Source of the DNA: Hamiltosporidium tvaerminnensis FI-OER-3-3
Taxonomy: Eukaryota > Fungi > Microsporidia
Assembly: GCA_022605425.2 (NCBI GenBank)
Contig: JAKIMF020000001.1
Coordinates: 1 to 64,000, forward strand
Reading direction: 5' to 3'
Length of the DNA: 64,000 nucleotides
A model generated the notes under the pieces. The model was given only the letters and a program-made list of their open reading frames with translations. It ran no database searches and was not told the DNA's origin. Made by a program: the position numbers and the translations under genes. Of this stretch, positions 53,301-64,000 are shown one piece after another. The number at the start of each line of letters is the position of its first letter. Position 1 is the first letter of the stretch.

Positions 53301-54422
53301 CTGTTTAAAAACACAGATGCACATATAAACATTAATACAAAGTCACTCTGGATTTCTATGTTTAAAATAAAACCTTTGTTGTTTTCTATGTAAGATATTG
53401 CTTGGTTTGAAATAAATTGTAAAACATGACCCGAAAAACAATCATTCTTAAGAATATGGCTACTTAAATAATTATTTACAGTATGTGATGAAATATTATA
53501 CTTTTGAAAATTATTTGCAAAATACTCAATTAAAATTTGTAGCTCCATACAATTCCCGATCAGTTTAAAGAAGATTTCGAGACATGTACACAAATGCGTG
53601 TCACACAATGACAGATTTGATAAAACGATCCAGAAAAGTATAATTTCAATATTCGTTTTTCTCCCCAATTTTATACTCAAACACCCAGCAAGTATTTCAA
53701 TAGAAATTATTTTATTTGATTCTTTTTTGAAATAGAATTCATACAAATATATTTGATGATAGAAAAATAAAGTTTCTTCAGAGTAATCTTTAGCAGTAAC
53801 TGAATTAAAATCTATATTATCTTTCTTTTTTTCATTTAAAATCGAACTACGGATACAATCCCTCATTTCATCAGTCGGATATCTTCAAATTCATATATAA
53901 GTTCAAAATTTTTTAATTCAGGTGAATCTAATATATAAAACTGTTTAAGTTCAAAAATTTTTAAATCTATTATTGAAAGATGCTTAGCCATTCTCATATT
54001 CCTCAAAATATTTTCTGAATCAACATATTCATTATAAAATAAAAACGAAGACATACTACATCTTTATCACTAGAATATAAAAAATTTGATAATCTATCAT
54101 CTATAACATATAACTCATGATTAAATGTATATTTCATAAGATAAGTCAAAAATTTGAAGAGAAACATAATCTTTGATTTTTCAGTAAAACTTTCATTTTG
54201 AATTTTGTTATGGAAACAGTTTTCAGAATAATTTGTCAATACATTTTCATGTATTTTCATTACCGTAGACCAATGTATAAGATTCGTTTTGGAATGCTTT
54301 TTTAAACCAAAAGGATCATCGCTTCGGTTGAAGAAATTAAAATTTATGATTCCTTGTGCAGCAAAAGATGACACTTCTTCTATAAATTTCGATAGATGTG
54401 TTGCGCCTGAACCTGGTTGCAT
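47385..54422 (-). pseudogene. Large (~2300 codon) HECT-domain E3 ubiquitin ligase gene, multiply disrupted
   Basis: Nine consecutive minus-strand ORF fragments plus an unlisted last frame. HECT motifs: LAVKRDSVIDSF, FTAEDGTGIGPTFEFF, LINNGSKIKVSKKN, FTFDELRSIL, IDVWKLNTKY, HQVIKWLWQ, LPHGGF and FPKAFTGSN.FLLPEY. In-frame TAA at 48071 and 53285, several frameshifts. Confidence 0.85.
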
Positions 54423-55134
54423 TTTAATGTATTTTTAATTTTTTTCAAATATAAATAGATGTTACACTTGAGTCTAGAATCTGTTTTTTTCATAAAAAAA
54501 TCCAATTAGAATAATCTACGTAATTGACAATTATAACGGTATTCTAAGAACAACACTTTATTTAAAAAATATTTAATTAAAATAAAATACTCTGAGATAA
54601 ATTTTTTAATTAAATATTTTATATCCCATAAAAGTATATTTACTTTTAAAATTTTCTTGAAGATTTGTGTTGATTTTTTAATTCGGTTTTTAATATTCGC
54701 TATTCTAATAGTTTCTTTTAAAATTTGTAGTTTTATTACGCTTTATCAGTATTTCGCTATATTAATAAAGAGCTATTCACATTTATCTTTCATTAATTAT
54801 AAATGAATGTTCAAAATATTAAATTTATCTAAATTTATATGTGTATCTGTATACCTACTAGTTAAATTCATATATTTTAGCGTCTCTGATACATATATTT
54901 GTTTTTACATTTATATATATTTTTTAAGCTTTTTCCGTTTTTTTACACATATCTCTAATTGAAATTTAAAAACATTTATAAACGTTTTTTTATAGACTTT
55001 AAAGAATAGTATAATTATTCTAATATTACTTTATTTATTTTAGATATAGCCAAGTTTTCTTTTAATAATACTTTCTTTCTTTTAGATATAGGTATATTTT
55101 CTTTTGATAATACATTATGTTTTAGATATAGCTA

Positions 55135-56720
55135 AAAATATTTAGGAATAATAGAAGATAGCAGAAGAATTCCAACACGGAGCTCATTTGGAGAAATACA
55201 GAGCAAATTTATATCAAGAATTGAAAGACTTTGTCACACTAGATTAAACGCAAAAAATTTATTTTCTGCAATCCATCAACCTGCGATATCGTTAATCAAC
55301 TATCACATAGGAGTACTTCGACTTGAACCGGCTGACTTCTCTAAGTTAGATGATGCAGTGCGTGCGGTGATGGTGAAGAATAAGATACATCTTCGCCCAG
55401 GATGTAAAGAGCGTTTGTACCTTCCTAGAAAAGAACTTGGAAGAGGTCTACATAGTGTTGAGTCGCGAAGCGAACATATGCTTCTGCAACTCTTGGATTG
55501 TCTGGAAAAAGTAAAGAAATATCAACTAGACGAGCAGCAATCTTCAAGGTGGAGAATAATAATAAAACCCATCTTGCACTAATAAAAGGCTTCTTAAAAG
55601 TAAAGTAAAGGTTGGTAGAAGATTCAAGAAAAATTTAGAAGAAGCTCTACTTGCAAAACTATACAGCGAAATAGAAAAACGAAAACTCCATTCAAAGCTA
55701 TATAATGCAAGAAAAAATGAGCTTGTGAGTATTAGTGATTCTTCAAGATGGCTAAAGAAAGGGAATATTAGGTCACGCAATGAAGCTGTGTTCTGCTATA
55801 TCCAGGATAGAAATGTATTCTGTGAGCAGATGGTATGTGCCAACATTGCGGGAAGTTTGGTAAGACTGTAGATCATCTAGCAACTAGATGTAAAAAAATG
55901 CTAGGCCATGATTACACTAGACGGCATAATGAAGTGGTCAGATGCCTACACCTTCTTCTTCTAAATAGATATAAGTTTAAGTCTTCAAAACGAATTAGGT
56001 GTCACTCAGTTTAAGAAATTCTTGATAATTTGTATGCGGAGATAAGAATGGAAACCAGGATAAAAATTGAAGTTAAAATTCGGAATCACAGACCCAACAT
56101 ATTTATTTTAGATAAGAAGAAGAATAAGATAACGCTAATTGAAGTAGGAATCACTTCCCAAGATTCACTTCAAATAGTTGAAACTGAAAAACTTAGGAAG
56201 TATGACCTGCTAGCCATTGAGTTGGGTCTTATTTATAGGTGTAGTGTTGAGATAATCCCTTATGTGATGACCTGGGACGGTATTGTGACAAAATACCATA
56301 AATCTCATCTTATAAGACTAGAAATACCCATGAATGTAAAGGCATATTTACAATTCATAGTACACAAGAAGACAGTCGAAACGATTTCTTTTGATCGACG
56401 AAGAGGACTTGAGTCAGGACTAAATGCCGAAGAGAGCGTCAATGGGTGTTATTATGAGATCAGAGATGCATGAGGAACCAACACCCCCTTTAAAAACGGA
56501 GAAGAGAGAGGAAGATAGTGCAAAAAATTTTAAACCAAAAAATAAAGCACCCCTTATTTCACAAGGAGGAACCACTTTAGAAGAACCGACCAATAACATA
56601 AATGAAGAGTCGGATTTGGAAGAAGAGACAATAGTGGTTAAAGAGGTAGAAGAAAACACATAAAAATGGTAAAGATATTTTAACCCAGAATTTTATTAAA
56701 TAAAATTAGACATAACTATG
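55135..56720 (+). mobile_element. 5'-truncated, decayed non-LTR retrotransposon with restriction-like endonuclease (R4/Dong/NeSL-like)
   Basis: Starts at RT motif KYLGIIED. Thumb ERLYLPRKELGRGL, zinc knuckle CQHC...TVDHLATRC...YTRRHNEV, RLE RPNIFI...LIEVGI (PD to PN) and KLRKY. Contains stops and frameshifts. Confidence 0.92.
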
Positions 56721-57029
56721 TTCTCTTTATAAATTGTATTTCAAGTGAAAGGCTGGATTATTTCAAACGTGTGTATCAATTGGCGTTCTCTCCTTTAACA
56801 ACTGATCTTATACCTTAGAATTTTGAACTTAATAGTTTAAGGAGATTTGGAAGCGATTTGTGGAAAACCCCTTTTTTTTTGAATCCCTTTTACCACTAAA
56901 ATAGATAATGACCGCAATTTTGAATATGTAGACGGTTTTTTAAACTTTTTATTTTATTTCTATTTATTTACTTAATTCCGTCCTTTTTTAGCTCTCGGTG
57001 TCAAAGATCATCAGAAAACACATTTTTCG

Positions 57030-57330
57030 GTTTCTAGTGAATTTTCAGCAATTTCTTTGGTTTATACTCCTACGGCAAGCCAGGTTTAAGGAATTAAAGA
57101 ATTTTAAAATTCACAAATTTTTCTATTTTCTCAGCAAACTCTTACTATTTCGTCATATAAGTGCCATGTGCCGGCGTTTTAGAAGTATAAAATAAATGGT
57201 TTTTATTAATTGAAGGTCTTCTGTTTAAGTTCATTTTCACTCGTTCCTAGGGGTAAAAGAAATAATAATTTAAATAATTATTTAGGAAGGTTTAATGTCG
57301 TAACTCAGAATGAATTTACTGCAATAAGAC
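57030..57330 (+). repeat. Second dispersed repeat family, copy 2
   Basis: Colinear with 29550-29835. Confidence 0.8.
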
Positions 57331-58065
57331 AAACTGCGATTCAAACAGCAAGCCAATGATGTATTAGATAATTTATTATTTTCCATTTATTTTTTTAATC
57401 TGTTGTTATTCAGGATCACAAGAGATTTTCCTGTTGAACCCGTGTGCTTTACATACTACGAAAACACAAAAAAAATGTTTAGGAACAACAGTTCCACACA
57501 CTCTTTCTTAAGCTGATTTTTAATATGGTTATCTTCTCTCTAACTTATATTTAAAAATTTAATTCTATATGATAGCACGACTTATTTTTTGTACTTCTAA
57601 ATATTAAATACAGACTATTTGGTATTTTTTTCAGATAAAAATTAACTCCGACATTTCTTTAGAATTAAATCAAAATATAAAATTTGTAAAATTATAAATC
57701 AAACCATTTAGTTAATCTTGTAAATACTTTATTTAGAAAAAGAACCAAAACTGTAAATTTTATGTTTAAAGATTAAATATCCAATAATTTAAATCCTTTG
57801 TAAACCAGAAATATCAGTATTTCTAACTTGTATACGAATATTAAAATAAAATTAAATTCTTTGGATTTTAAAAACCAGAAATATCAATTTTTAACTTATA
57901 TAAGAATATTAAAATAAAAAAATTTCTAAAACTTTTTAAGGATTTAATTTAAAAAATTATTTTATTTTCTTCCAAACCTTTAAGCCCTTCAATGTACAGA
58001 TTTATTTATTTTATTTTTCAATTTAAAAAAATATTTTATTTTGTTCCAATCCTTTAAGAGCCCCA

Positions 58066-58656
58066 ATGTACAGATTTATTTATTTTATTTTTCAATTTTT
58101 CGGTTTTTGTTTTTCTATTTCATCCGAATTACAGAAAATACCAATTTTTGAAATAAAAAATTTATCTGACACTTCACCTACTCTTCTATACATATATTTT
58201 GAAAGACCAGATTATAAATGTCCATACTGTGATATTTATAGCGATTACATTTCCAAATTAAACTTTCCAGGAACAAAAAGACTAAATTATTTCGATAATC
58301 CATTTCTCGCATCAAAATTTTTAGTTTTTAGATTTCCCGCTCTTATAATTTATTTTAAAGAAAATTGTTATTTTATAGAAATTAAATCCTACGAAGAATT
58401 AGAAAGAATTATTTCAAATTCTGAATGGTTAAATTATAACCCTGTTAATTCCTTTATAAATCCAAATTCTTTATTTTCTTTGATATTTTCATATTCAATG
58501 TGGCTGTTCTTTTTAATTTTTAAAAAAATAATTTTTTTTATCGATTTAATTCCAACCGTCGTATTTTCCATATTTTTTGGTATTTTAGGAGGATATGTGG
58601 CTTATACAACCATAAAAATATTTAAAGAAGATGAAGTGGCTGTAAAAGAAGATTAA
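58066..58656 (+). CDS. Thioredoxin-related transmembrane protein (TMX-like)
   Basis: Signal peptide, CPYC motif, LASKFLVFRFPALI (thioredoxin cis-Pro region) and C-terminal hydrophobic helices. Upstream gccccaATG. Confidence 0.8.
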   Translation: MYRFIYFIFQFFGFCFSISSELQKIPIFEIKNLSDTSPTLLYIYFERPDYKCPYCDIYSDYISKLNFPGTKRLNYFDNPFLASKFLVFRFPALIIYFKENCYFIEIKSYEELERIISNSEWLNYNPVNSFINPNSLFSLIFSYSMWLFFLIFKKIIFFIDLIPTVVFSIFFGILGGYVAYTTIKIFKEDEVAVKED

Positions 58657-58670
58657 AATTTTATTTTCTA

Positions 58671-59710
58671 TTAAAATACCTGTTTGTTATAAATATGTTG
58701 ATTTACGTAGGTTGTAGACAGTAATACGTGTATTTCACTTAATTTCCATTTCTTTTGATTTATGTTTTGTAGGAATAAAAGTGTGTCACAAAAATCTTTT
58801 CCAAATATTTCATTTCTAAAGAAACAAAGTAATGAAATTCCAAAAAAAATAGAAAATTGTTTAAAATTTATATTTTTGTATGAAAAAAGCGTATCAAAGA
58901 TTATTAAAGAATCTTTTAAAACGAATTCTCTTAAAAAGAAGCAATTGAACCATCTGAATACAAATAAATCAGATTGTAAATTTATATTTTGAAGGTAAAG
59001 AAATAATTCGGGGTCGATGGCTTCAAGAGCATTTTTAAATTCCTCAATACTTTTTGTAATTCCTGGTTGAAGATCGATGAAATTTTCTTGAATTTCTTCT
59101 AAAAATCTGGTAAAACAGAAATACGAAGAAGCTTTCTGTAATTTGTAAATCTATAGGAGAAGTTTCAGTGGCAAATGTGTGTATAAAAGGAACGAGAATA
59201 TCTGCCATTCCTTGTACGTAACCTACTGCTGGTTTTCTTTGAGCGGTAAGAGAAAGAATATTTTTAAAAATGTAAGAAAGATCGATTTTGCTATAAATTT
59301 TCTGTTCATCCGATATTCTTTGAACATCGATTTCGATTTGTCGTTTCGATCGACCAGAAATTTTAAAATTGCAATTTTTAAAATTAAAAATTAAATTTTC
59401 CATTTTTTTATCTTCGTTTGAATTAATTTTAGAAAATCCAGAAACACAAAATTCCATTGTTTTTTCTGTCTGTAAAAATTCATAAAAATATTTGTCTCGT
59501 TTATTTTCCAAAGTATTTTTATACAAATTTAAATTTAAAGTAGAAGTTTCCTAGTAACAAACGCCATAATATTCCTCTGTATTCGTTAGGAATTCCACCC
59601 CAAGATAATCTTTGTATTTCTTCTTTATTTATTATTTTGTTTGCAAATATAAAATCAAATTTCTTTTTTTTATTTTCTAAATAATTTTCTTTATTTAAAG
59701 ATTCGTTCAT
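58671..59710 (-). CDS. GYP1: TBC-domain Rab GTPase-activating protein (Gyp1/TBC1D22-like), two +1 frameshifts in this sequence
   Basis: SWGGIPNEYRGILWRLLLG, QIEIDVQR (Arg finger), GYVQGMADI (Gln finger), and a third open frame YFCFTRFL..IQENF...QPGI and FRWFNCFFLREF ending TAA at 58671. Shifts near 59547 and 59133. Confidence 0.88.
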
Positions 59711-59859
59711 TTCTAAAGGGTTTTTTTAAGTTATTTTCTTACTTTTTTTAATTATTTTATTCTCGTCTCTCATTTCTTTAAAAAAAGGAGTTTTTCTTAA
59801 TTCCAATGAACCAATTAAATTAGTAAATTAAGAAGAGAAATAAATTTATTTTTATAAAA

Positions 59860-60097
59860 TTATTTAATAGAGGATTTCTTAATTATTATTTTTATCAAAT
59901 TATTTAATTGAAGATTCGAAATTTTATTTTTATAAATTATTGTATTGAAGATTTAAAATTATTTTATTGAAGGTTAAAAATTATTTTATTGAAGACTATA
60001 AATTATTGTATTTAAGATTCTAAATTATTTCATTTAAGATTTAAAATTATTTTATTAGATTTATAAAATTATTGTATTGAAGATTTAAAATTATTTT
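59860..60097. repeat. Tandem ~20-bp array (aaattattttattgaagattt) in the divergent promoter between the TBC and ESCRT-III genes
   Basis: About ten imperfect units directly visible. Confidence 0.8.
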
Positions 60098-60200
60098 TTT
60101 CTATTTTTTTTTATAAAAATAAAATTAAATTTCAAAAAAGTTTTTAATCGAAATTTTTTTTTAACTTTAATTCTCCAATAAATAAATCCCTTTTTAAGAA

Positions 60201-60695
60201 ATGTTCGATATATTTTGTAGAAAGAAATCTCCTAAACAATTATTTAGAGAAATAAGTATTTCATTAAGAAAACAGAAATTATATTCTTTAAAACTTTGTA
60301 ATGAAATGACTTCTTTGTATTCTTCGTTAATGAAAAGCATACAAAATAAAAATATTTTTGAAACTCAGAGATTTTCAAGAAAAATTGTAATTTTAGAGCA
60401 GCGAATACAACGAAATGATAAAATATGTGAAAAACTTGAAGAATTACATGATATTGTTAATGAGAGTAGTGTTATTGCAAGTGGTACGTTATCGGAAGTA
60501 AGTAAGGTTATGGAAAAATGTTTCAAGGAAATTAAAAATGAAAATACTGATATGTTTGAGTATAATAAGAAAAGATTGGATGTTATAAGAAATGATACCG
60601 ATGAGAATGAAGAAGAAGAGGTTGTTAAAAAAGCAGAGGAAATTGTTGTAAAAGCAAAGGCTAAGATTTCTGAACAACAAGATAGAATTTGTTAA
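60201..60695 (+). CDS. ESCRT-III (Snf7-family) subunit, Vps2/Vps24-like
   Basis: N-terminus MFDIFCRKKSPKQLFRE..ISLRK resembles Vps2/CHMP2. Basic N-half and acidic C-half coiled coil, 164 aa. CCC motif upstream. Confidence 0.65.
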   Translation: MFDIFCRKKSPKQLFREISISLRKQKLYSLKLCNEMTSLYSSLMKSIQNKNIFETQRFSRKIVILEQRIQRNDKICEKLEELHDIVNESSVIASGTLSEVSKVMEKCFKEIKNENTDMFEYNKKRLDVIRNDTDENEEEEVVKKAEEIVVKAKAKISEQQDRIC

Positions 60696-60699
60696 ATTT

Positions 60700-60882
60700 A
60701 TTGATTTATAATTAAATGTAAACAATAAGTCAAATGAAAGTAACTCAGTTCTCTGTGCCTTAAATTATATTGTAAAAGTTTAATGGATTATAATTAAAAT
60801 GTAACAATAAGTCAAATCAAAATAATTCAGTTCTTTGAGGCTTAAATTATATTGTAAAAGTTTACTGGATTATAATTAAAAT
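60700..60882. repeat. ~80-bp tandem duplication in the 3' flank of the ESCRT-III gene
   Basis: attataattaaa.tgtaacaataagtcaaat...cttaaattatattgtaaaagttta occurs twice, plus a partial third copy. Confidence 0.8.
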
Positions 60883-61049
60883 ATTTCCTAAAAAGGAAAT
60901 CTCTGACCACAATAATAATTTTTTAAATTGTTTTTATTTTTTTATAAAATATTCCTCAGAAATTTGTGACAAAATTATAACTCATGGAATCTTAATTTAA
61001 TCATGAGTATTATTTTTTTTTAAATTTATCGGTTGTATCTATGGAAGAA

Positions 61050-61900
61050 TCTAAAATAATAAAAAGTAAGATTTTTTCATTCTTTGTTGTTCCTTTTACT
61101 CGTAAAATGCTTGTTTTGTTTTGGTTCAGTCTTTATAAAATATTTAATTATTTTGTTGGGAAAAATGTCGATTGATTTATAATCTTTCTTGCTGAGATTA
61201 TTCTTCTTAAGATGAGTGTAGAACTGTTAAATTTATTAAGTATTGATGTTTTTTAAAATGACGGTAAACACTGTTTGTTTTCATGAATTGATCTACTTGT
61301 TTTTTCATCTACTTTCTTCTAAATATCATCGAATCTAATCTCCTTTGTAAATCAAAACAAAAACCATTCATTTTTTTAGAATCAAGCATGTTCAGACCGG
61401 AAGTTGAATTTACTTGAGTTACATTTTATAAACTTAGTAGGATAATACAAGTCATCGGTTATATAATTATTTCGATGCGTGGTCTATATGTTTAGTTCAT
61501 TTTCTACTAAACTTATTTGATTCCTTAAGATTTTAAAGATCTAAAACATATATTTATAGATCAAATTTGTGCCATCTTGCTTGATATTCGATCTCTAATT
61601 ATAAGATTACAACAATAAAAACGACAGATGTTTTAATATTGCTTTAATCTATTCATTTAGAATGAATAGAAAGATTTTGAATATGTTTTGAAAGCATATT
61701 CTACATCTATCTAGGAAAAAAATACACAAGTTATAAAGAATACTGACTGGATTTCCGGTTTTAGCTTTAAGCTTGAGTTTATAATCTTTAAATGAATGTG
61801 AATAGGCTATATTGAGCAAAATCGCTTCTATCCCAGGTAAAGTTTATGTCAACAATTAAAGAAATTTTTTCTATCGTTTTGCACTTACCTTCTTGAGATT
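61050..61900 (-). mobile_element. Possible highly decayed non-LTR reverse transcriptase relic
   Basis: Minus-strand remnants in RT order: IDVEYAF (~61700, cf. WIDV.KAFD), LSY/LSP-like (~61440) and FDDI (~61325). Heavily broken. Confidence 0.3.
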
Positions 61901-63639
61901 TTAATTGATTAATTTAAACAATAAACTATTGTTCTTTATATTATTGTCTGAATATGGTTTTGTTTTATTAGATATACTGCGGTATATTAGTAGCAATAAT
62001 ATTTCTTGAAATGTTTGAATTGAACGTAAATTCAGACAAAAAAGAATATTTTAATAATGAACACATGAATTAATAATTCCGAAACTGTTGGAATATAACC
62101 TTCTATTATTAAGAAAATTTCATTTATTTCTTTAATAGAAATATAAGCCAAACATTATTCTTCTAGCTATTGAATTATAAGAATTTTGTTACTGCTAGAA
62201 ATTTAATTCAAGCCTGTTTATATAGAGGCTTTAGAGTTGATTTAATATTGTAAAGTATAAAACCATCAAGTCTATCACTTCATGTTGCTAATATGACTGA
62301 TGTAAACCAAATATTATGACACACAAATAGATTACATCATTAGGCTTCAAAACTCACAAAAATAACAAATTTATCATGATGTGCTAACTTCGACTATAAA
62401 TTGAAAAATCTATACAGTACTTTTTAAGTTTACTACAATCATACTTTTAAATATTCATCCAAAGAAAATATCTTTTTGATTCTTGATATCTGCATAACTA
62501 ACCATCTTTATTCTTTACACTCGATAATCGTAGGATTTTGACTTTAGGAAATTAAAAATGGGCGATTTCAAATACCATTCAAAGAAACTCTATTAAAGAG
62601 AATTTAATAAAACCAATCTATACATTATGTAGAAACTAGGCAAAATAATAACACATTGTCTGTATCACCACTACTCCTTTCTTATAAAGTGTTTTGAATC
62701 GGAAATTTATTGATACCAGGCTCTAGATCGTGCAGTTTTTTTGATAATTGATTTGGAAGTGAAACATGTAAATTTTTAGACGATTTTATGAAATAAAAAA
62801 CCCCGAAACAGATCTCACTTAATAGATATTACTAAATTATAAGGAATGTATATCATAAATTTATTCTATATAACGTATCTTTACGGCGTCTTCATGAATT
62901 TAATATAATATCTTTCTTATCGAAGATTATTTTTATACTTATAAAGCGGGCCACAATTATATTTTTTATGTTTGATGTATTTCAACGAATAGAACAAGCC
63001 AAGAATATTTTAAATCAGATTTCGGGCATTAAAACTAAAAAATAAAGGTAGAAAATTTGCTTAGCCACCTTCTAAAAAATTTCAAGAAAAATACATTTAT
63101 CGAGATTTAGAATCTAACTGCATAATGTTGAGCGTTTAATCTGTTAAATCACAAACGGAGAACTAGAAAAAAAACGGGAGTAATTAAGTGATTTAAAGTC
63201 CACTCTTAGATTTTTCAACATGTATTTCTGTTTTTAAAACAAATTCAGATTTATATTTTTGTATTGGACGACAAAACATCTTAATTAAACCCATGAATTC
63301 TTGCTATAGTTTTATGTTCATTTGCTAAATTCAGAGATATTTTTATCAAAGTTATTCCATTCAATCGAATATCTAAGTTATATAAATATGATTGAATGTG
63401 AGTTGAGGAGCTGAGGCACCCTTATGGTACTAAATTCGCATTAAAAACAAAAATTTAAAAAAATTACCCGTAAATTTATATTTATAACTTTACCTTTCCA
63501 ATTTACTAACATATTCTGACACTCAACAATAAAGTAAATTAAAATATAATGATAATTTTAGAAATGAATATTTTAAACGACTTTAGGAAGAGCTAAATAA
63601 TCTTAGCATCACTTCTAATAATTCATTGTACATTTTCAA

Positions 63640-64000
63640 ACATCAAATATTAAAGATAACGCAATTTTTTCTTCGGTTTGCCATCGATTTGGAGTAAAGT
63701 TTTGAGTGAGATCAATTTCTCTCAATCGTGTTGGTATGAACACCCGAGATTCGAGCAATAAATACGCGACAGTAATTTTCTATTTCATCAAATCATTTTT
63801 ACAAATCTCCATAACGTTTCCAACAGTCTGTATAGATTATACTACTTGGCTTCACAAGTTATATTATAATGCGGGTAATTGTTTCTTTAGTTCCATAAAA
63901 AATAGGTATCAACATTATTTTACAAGCCGATGTTCATTCAACACACCCCAGGCTTATCTTACTTTTGCTTACCAAATTTGGATTCGTCAATTTCTAAAAT
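63640..64000 (-). mobile_element. Merlin/IS1016 (ISXO2-like) DDE transposase fragment, continuing beyond the window
   Basis: Minus-strand translations ILEIDESKFGKQK, VKPSSIIYTDCWKRY and SGVHTNTIE contain the three catalytic motifs, with stops and frameshifts between them. Confidence 0.85.

Noticed and set aside
17822-54422. Stop-codon reassignment explaining the in-frame TAA codons
   Set aside because: Intact conserved genes end normally at TAA/TAG/TGA and have no internal stops. The broken genes also need frameshifts.
9266-60725. Antisense or overlapping ORFs (e.g. 9266, 25702, 27071, 35163, 39212, 52542, 58762, 60489)
   Set aside because: Shadows of real genes in AT-rich DNA, with no motifs or start signals.

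Overview
Left end of a chromosome from a very AT-rich, gene-sparse eukaryote, almost certainly a microsporidian. The evidence is a (CCCTAA)n telomere at 1-1697, intron-less compact genes, a CCC motif just upstream of most start codons, and highly diverged eukaryotic housekeeping genes. Recognisable genes are a BDF1-like double-bromodomain/ET protein, a Nup42/NUPL2-like CCCH nucleoporin, a Wee1-like kinase, a probable SAPS-domain protein, a TMX-like thioredoxin, a Gyp1/TBC1D22-like RabGAP with two frameshifts, an ESCRT-III subunit and several lineage-specific secreted or membrane proteins. A ~7 kb HECT E3 ligase and two type-I membrane protein genes are fragmented. Intergenic DNA holds transposon debris: two copies of an RLE-type non-LTR retrotransposon, a hAT (Buster/Charlie-type) deletion derivative, a Merlin transposase fragment and probable Ty3/Gypsy and RT relics. 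Three observations stand out. (1) A ~720-bp non-coding repeat occurs in six copies and shows terminal pairing, crossing (pseudoknot-like) long-range helices and a UUCG hairpin, so it is a candidate mobile structured RNA. (2) A short array of four palindromic repeats with unique spacers lies 2.4 kb from the telomere. (3) Two +1 frameshifts share one sequence context in the otherwise intact RabGAP gene. All alignments were done by eye and coordinates of degenerate elements are approximate.
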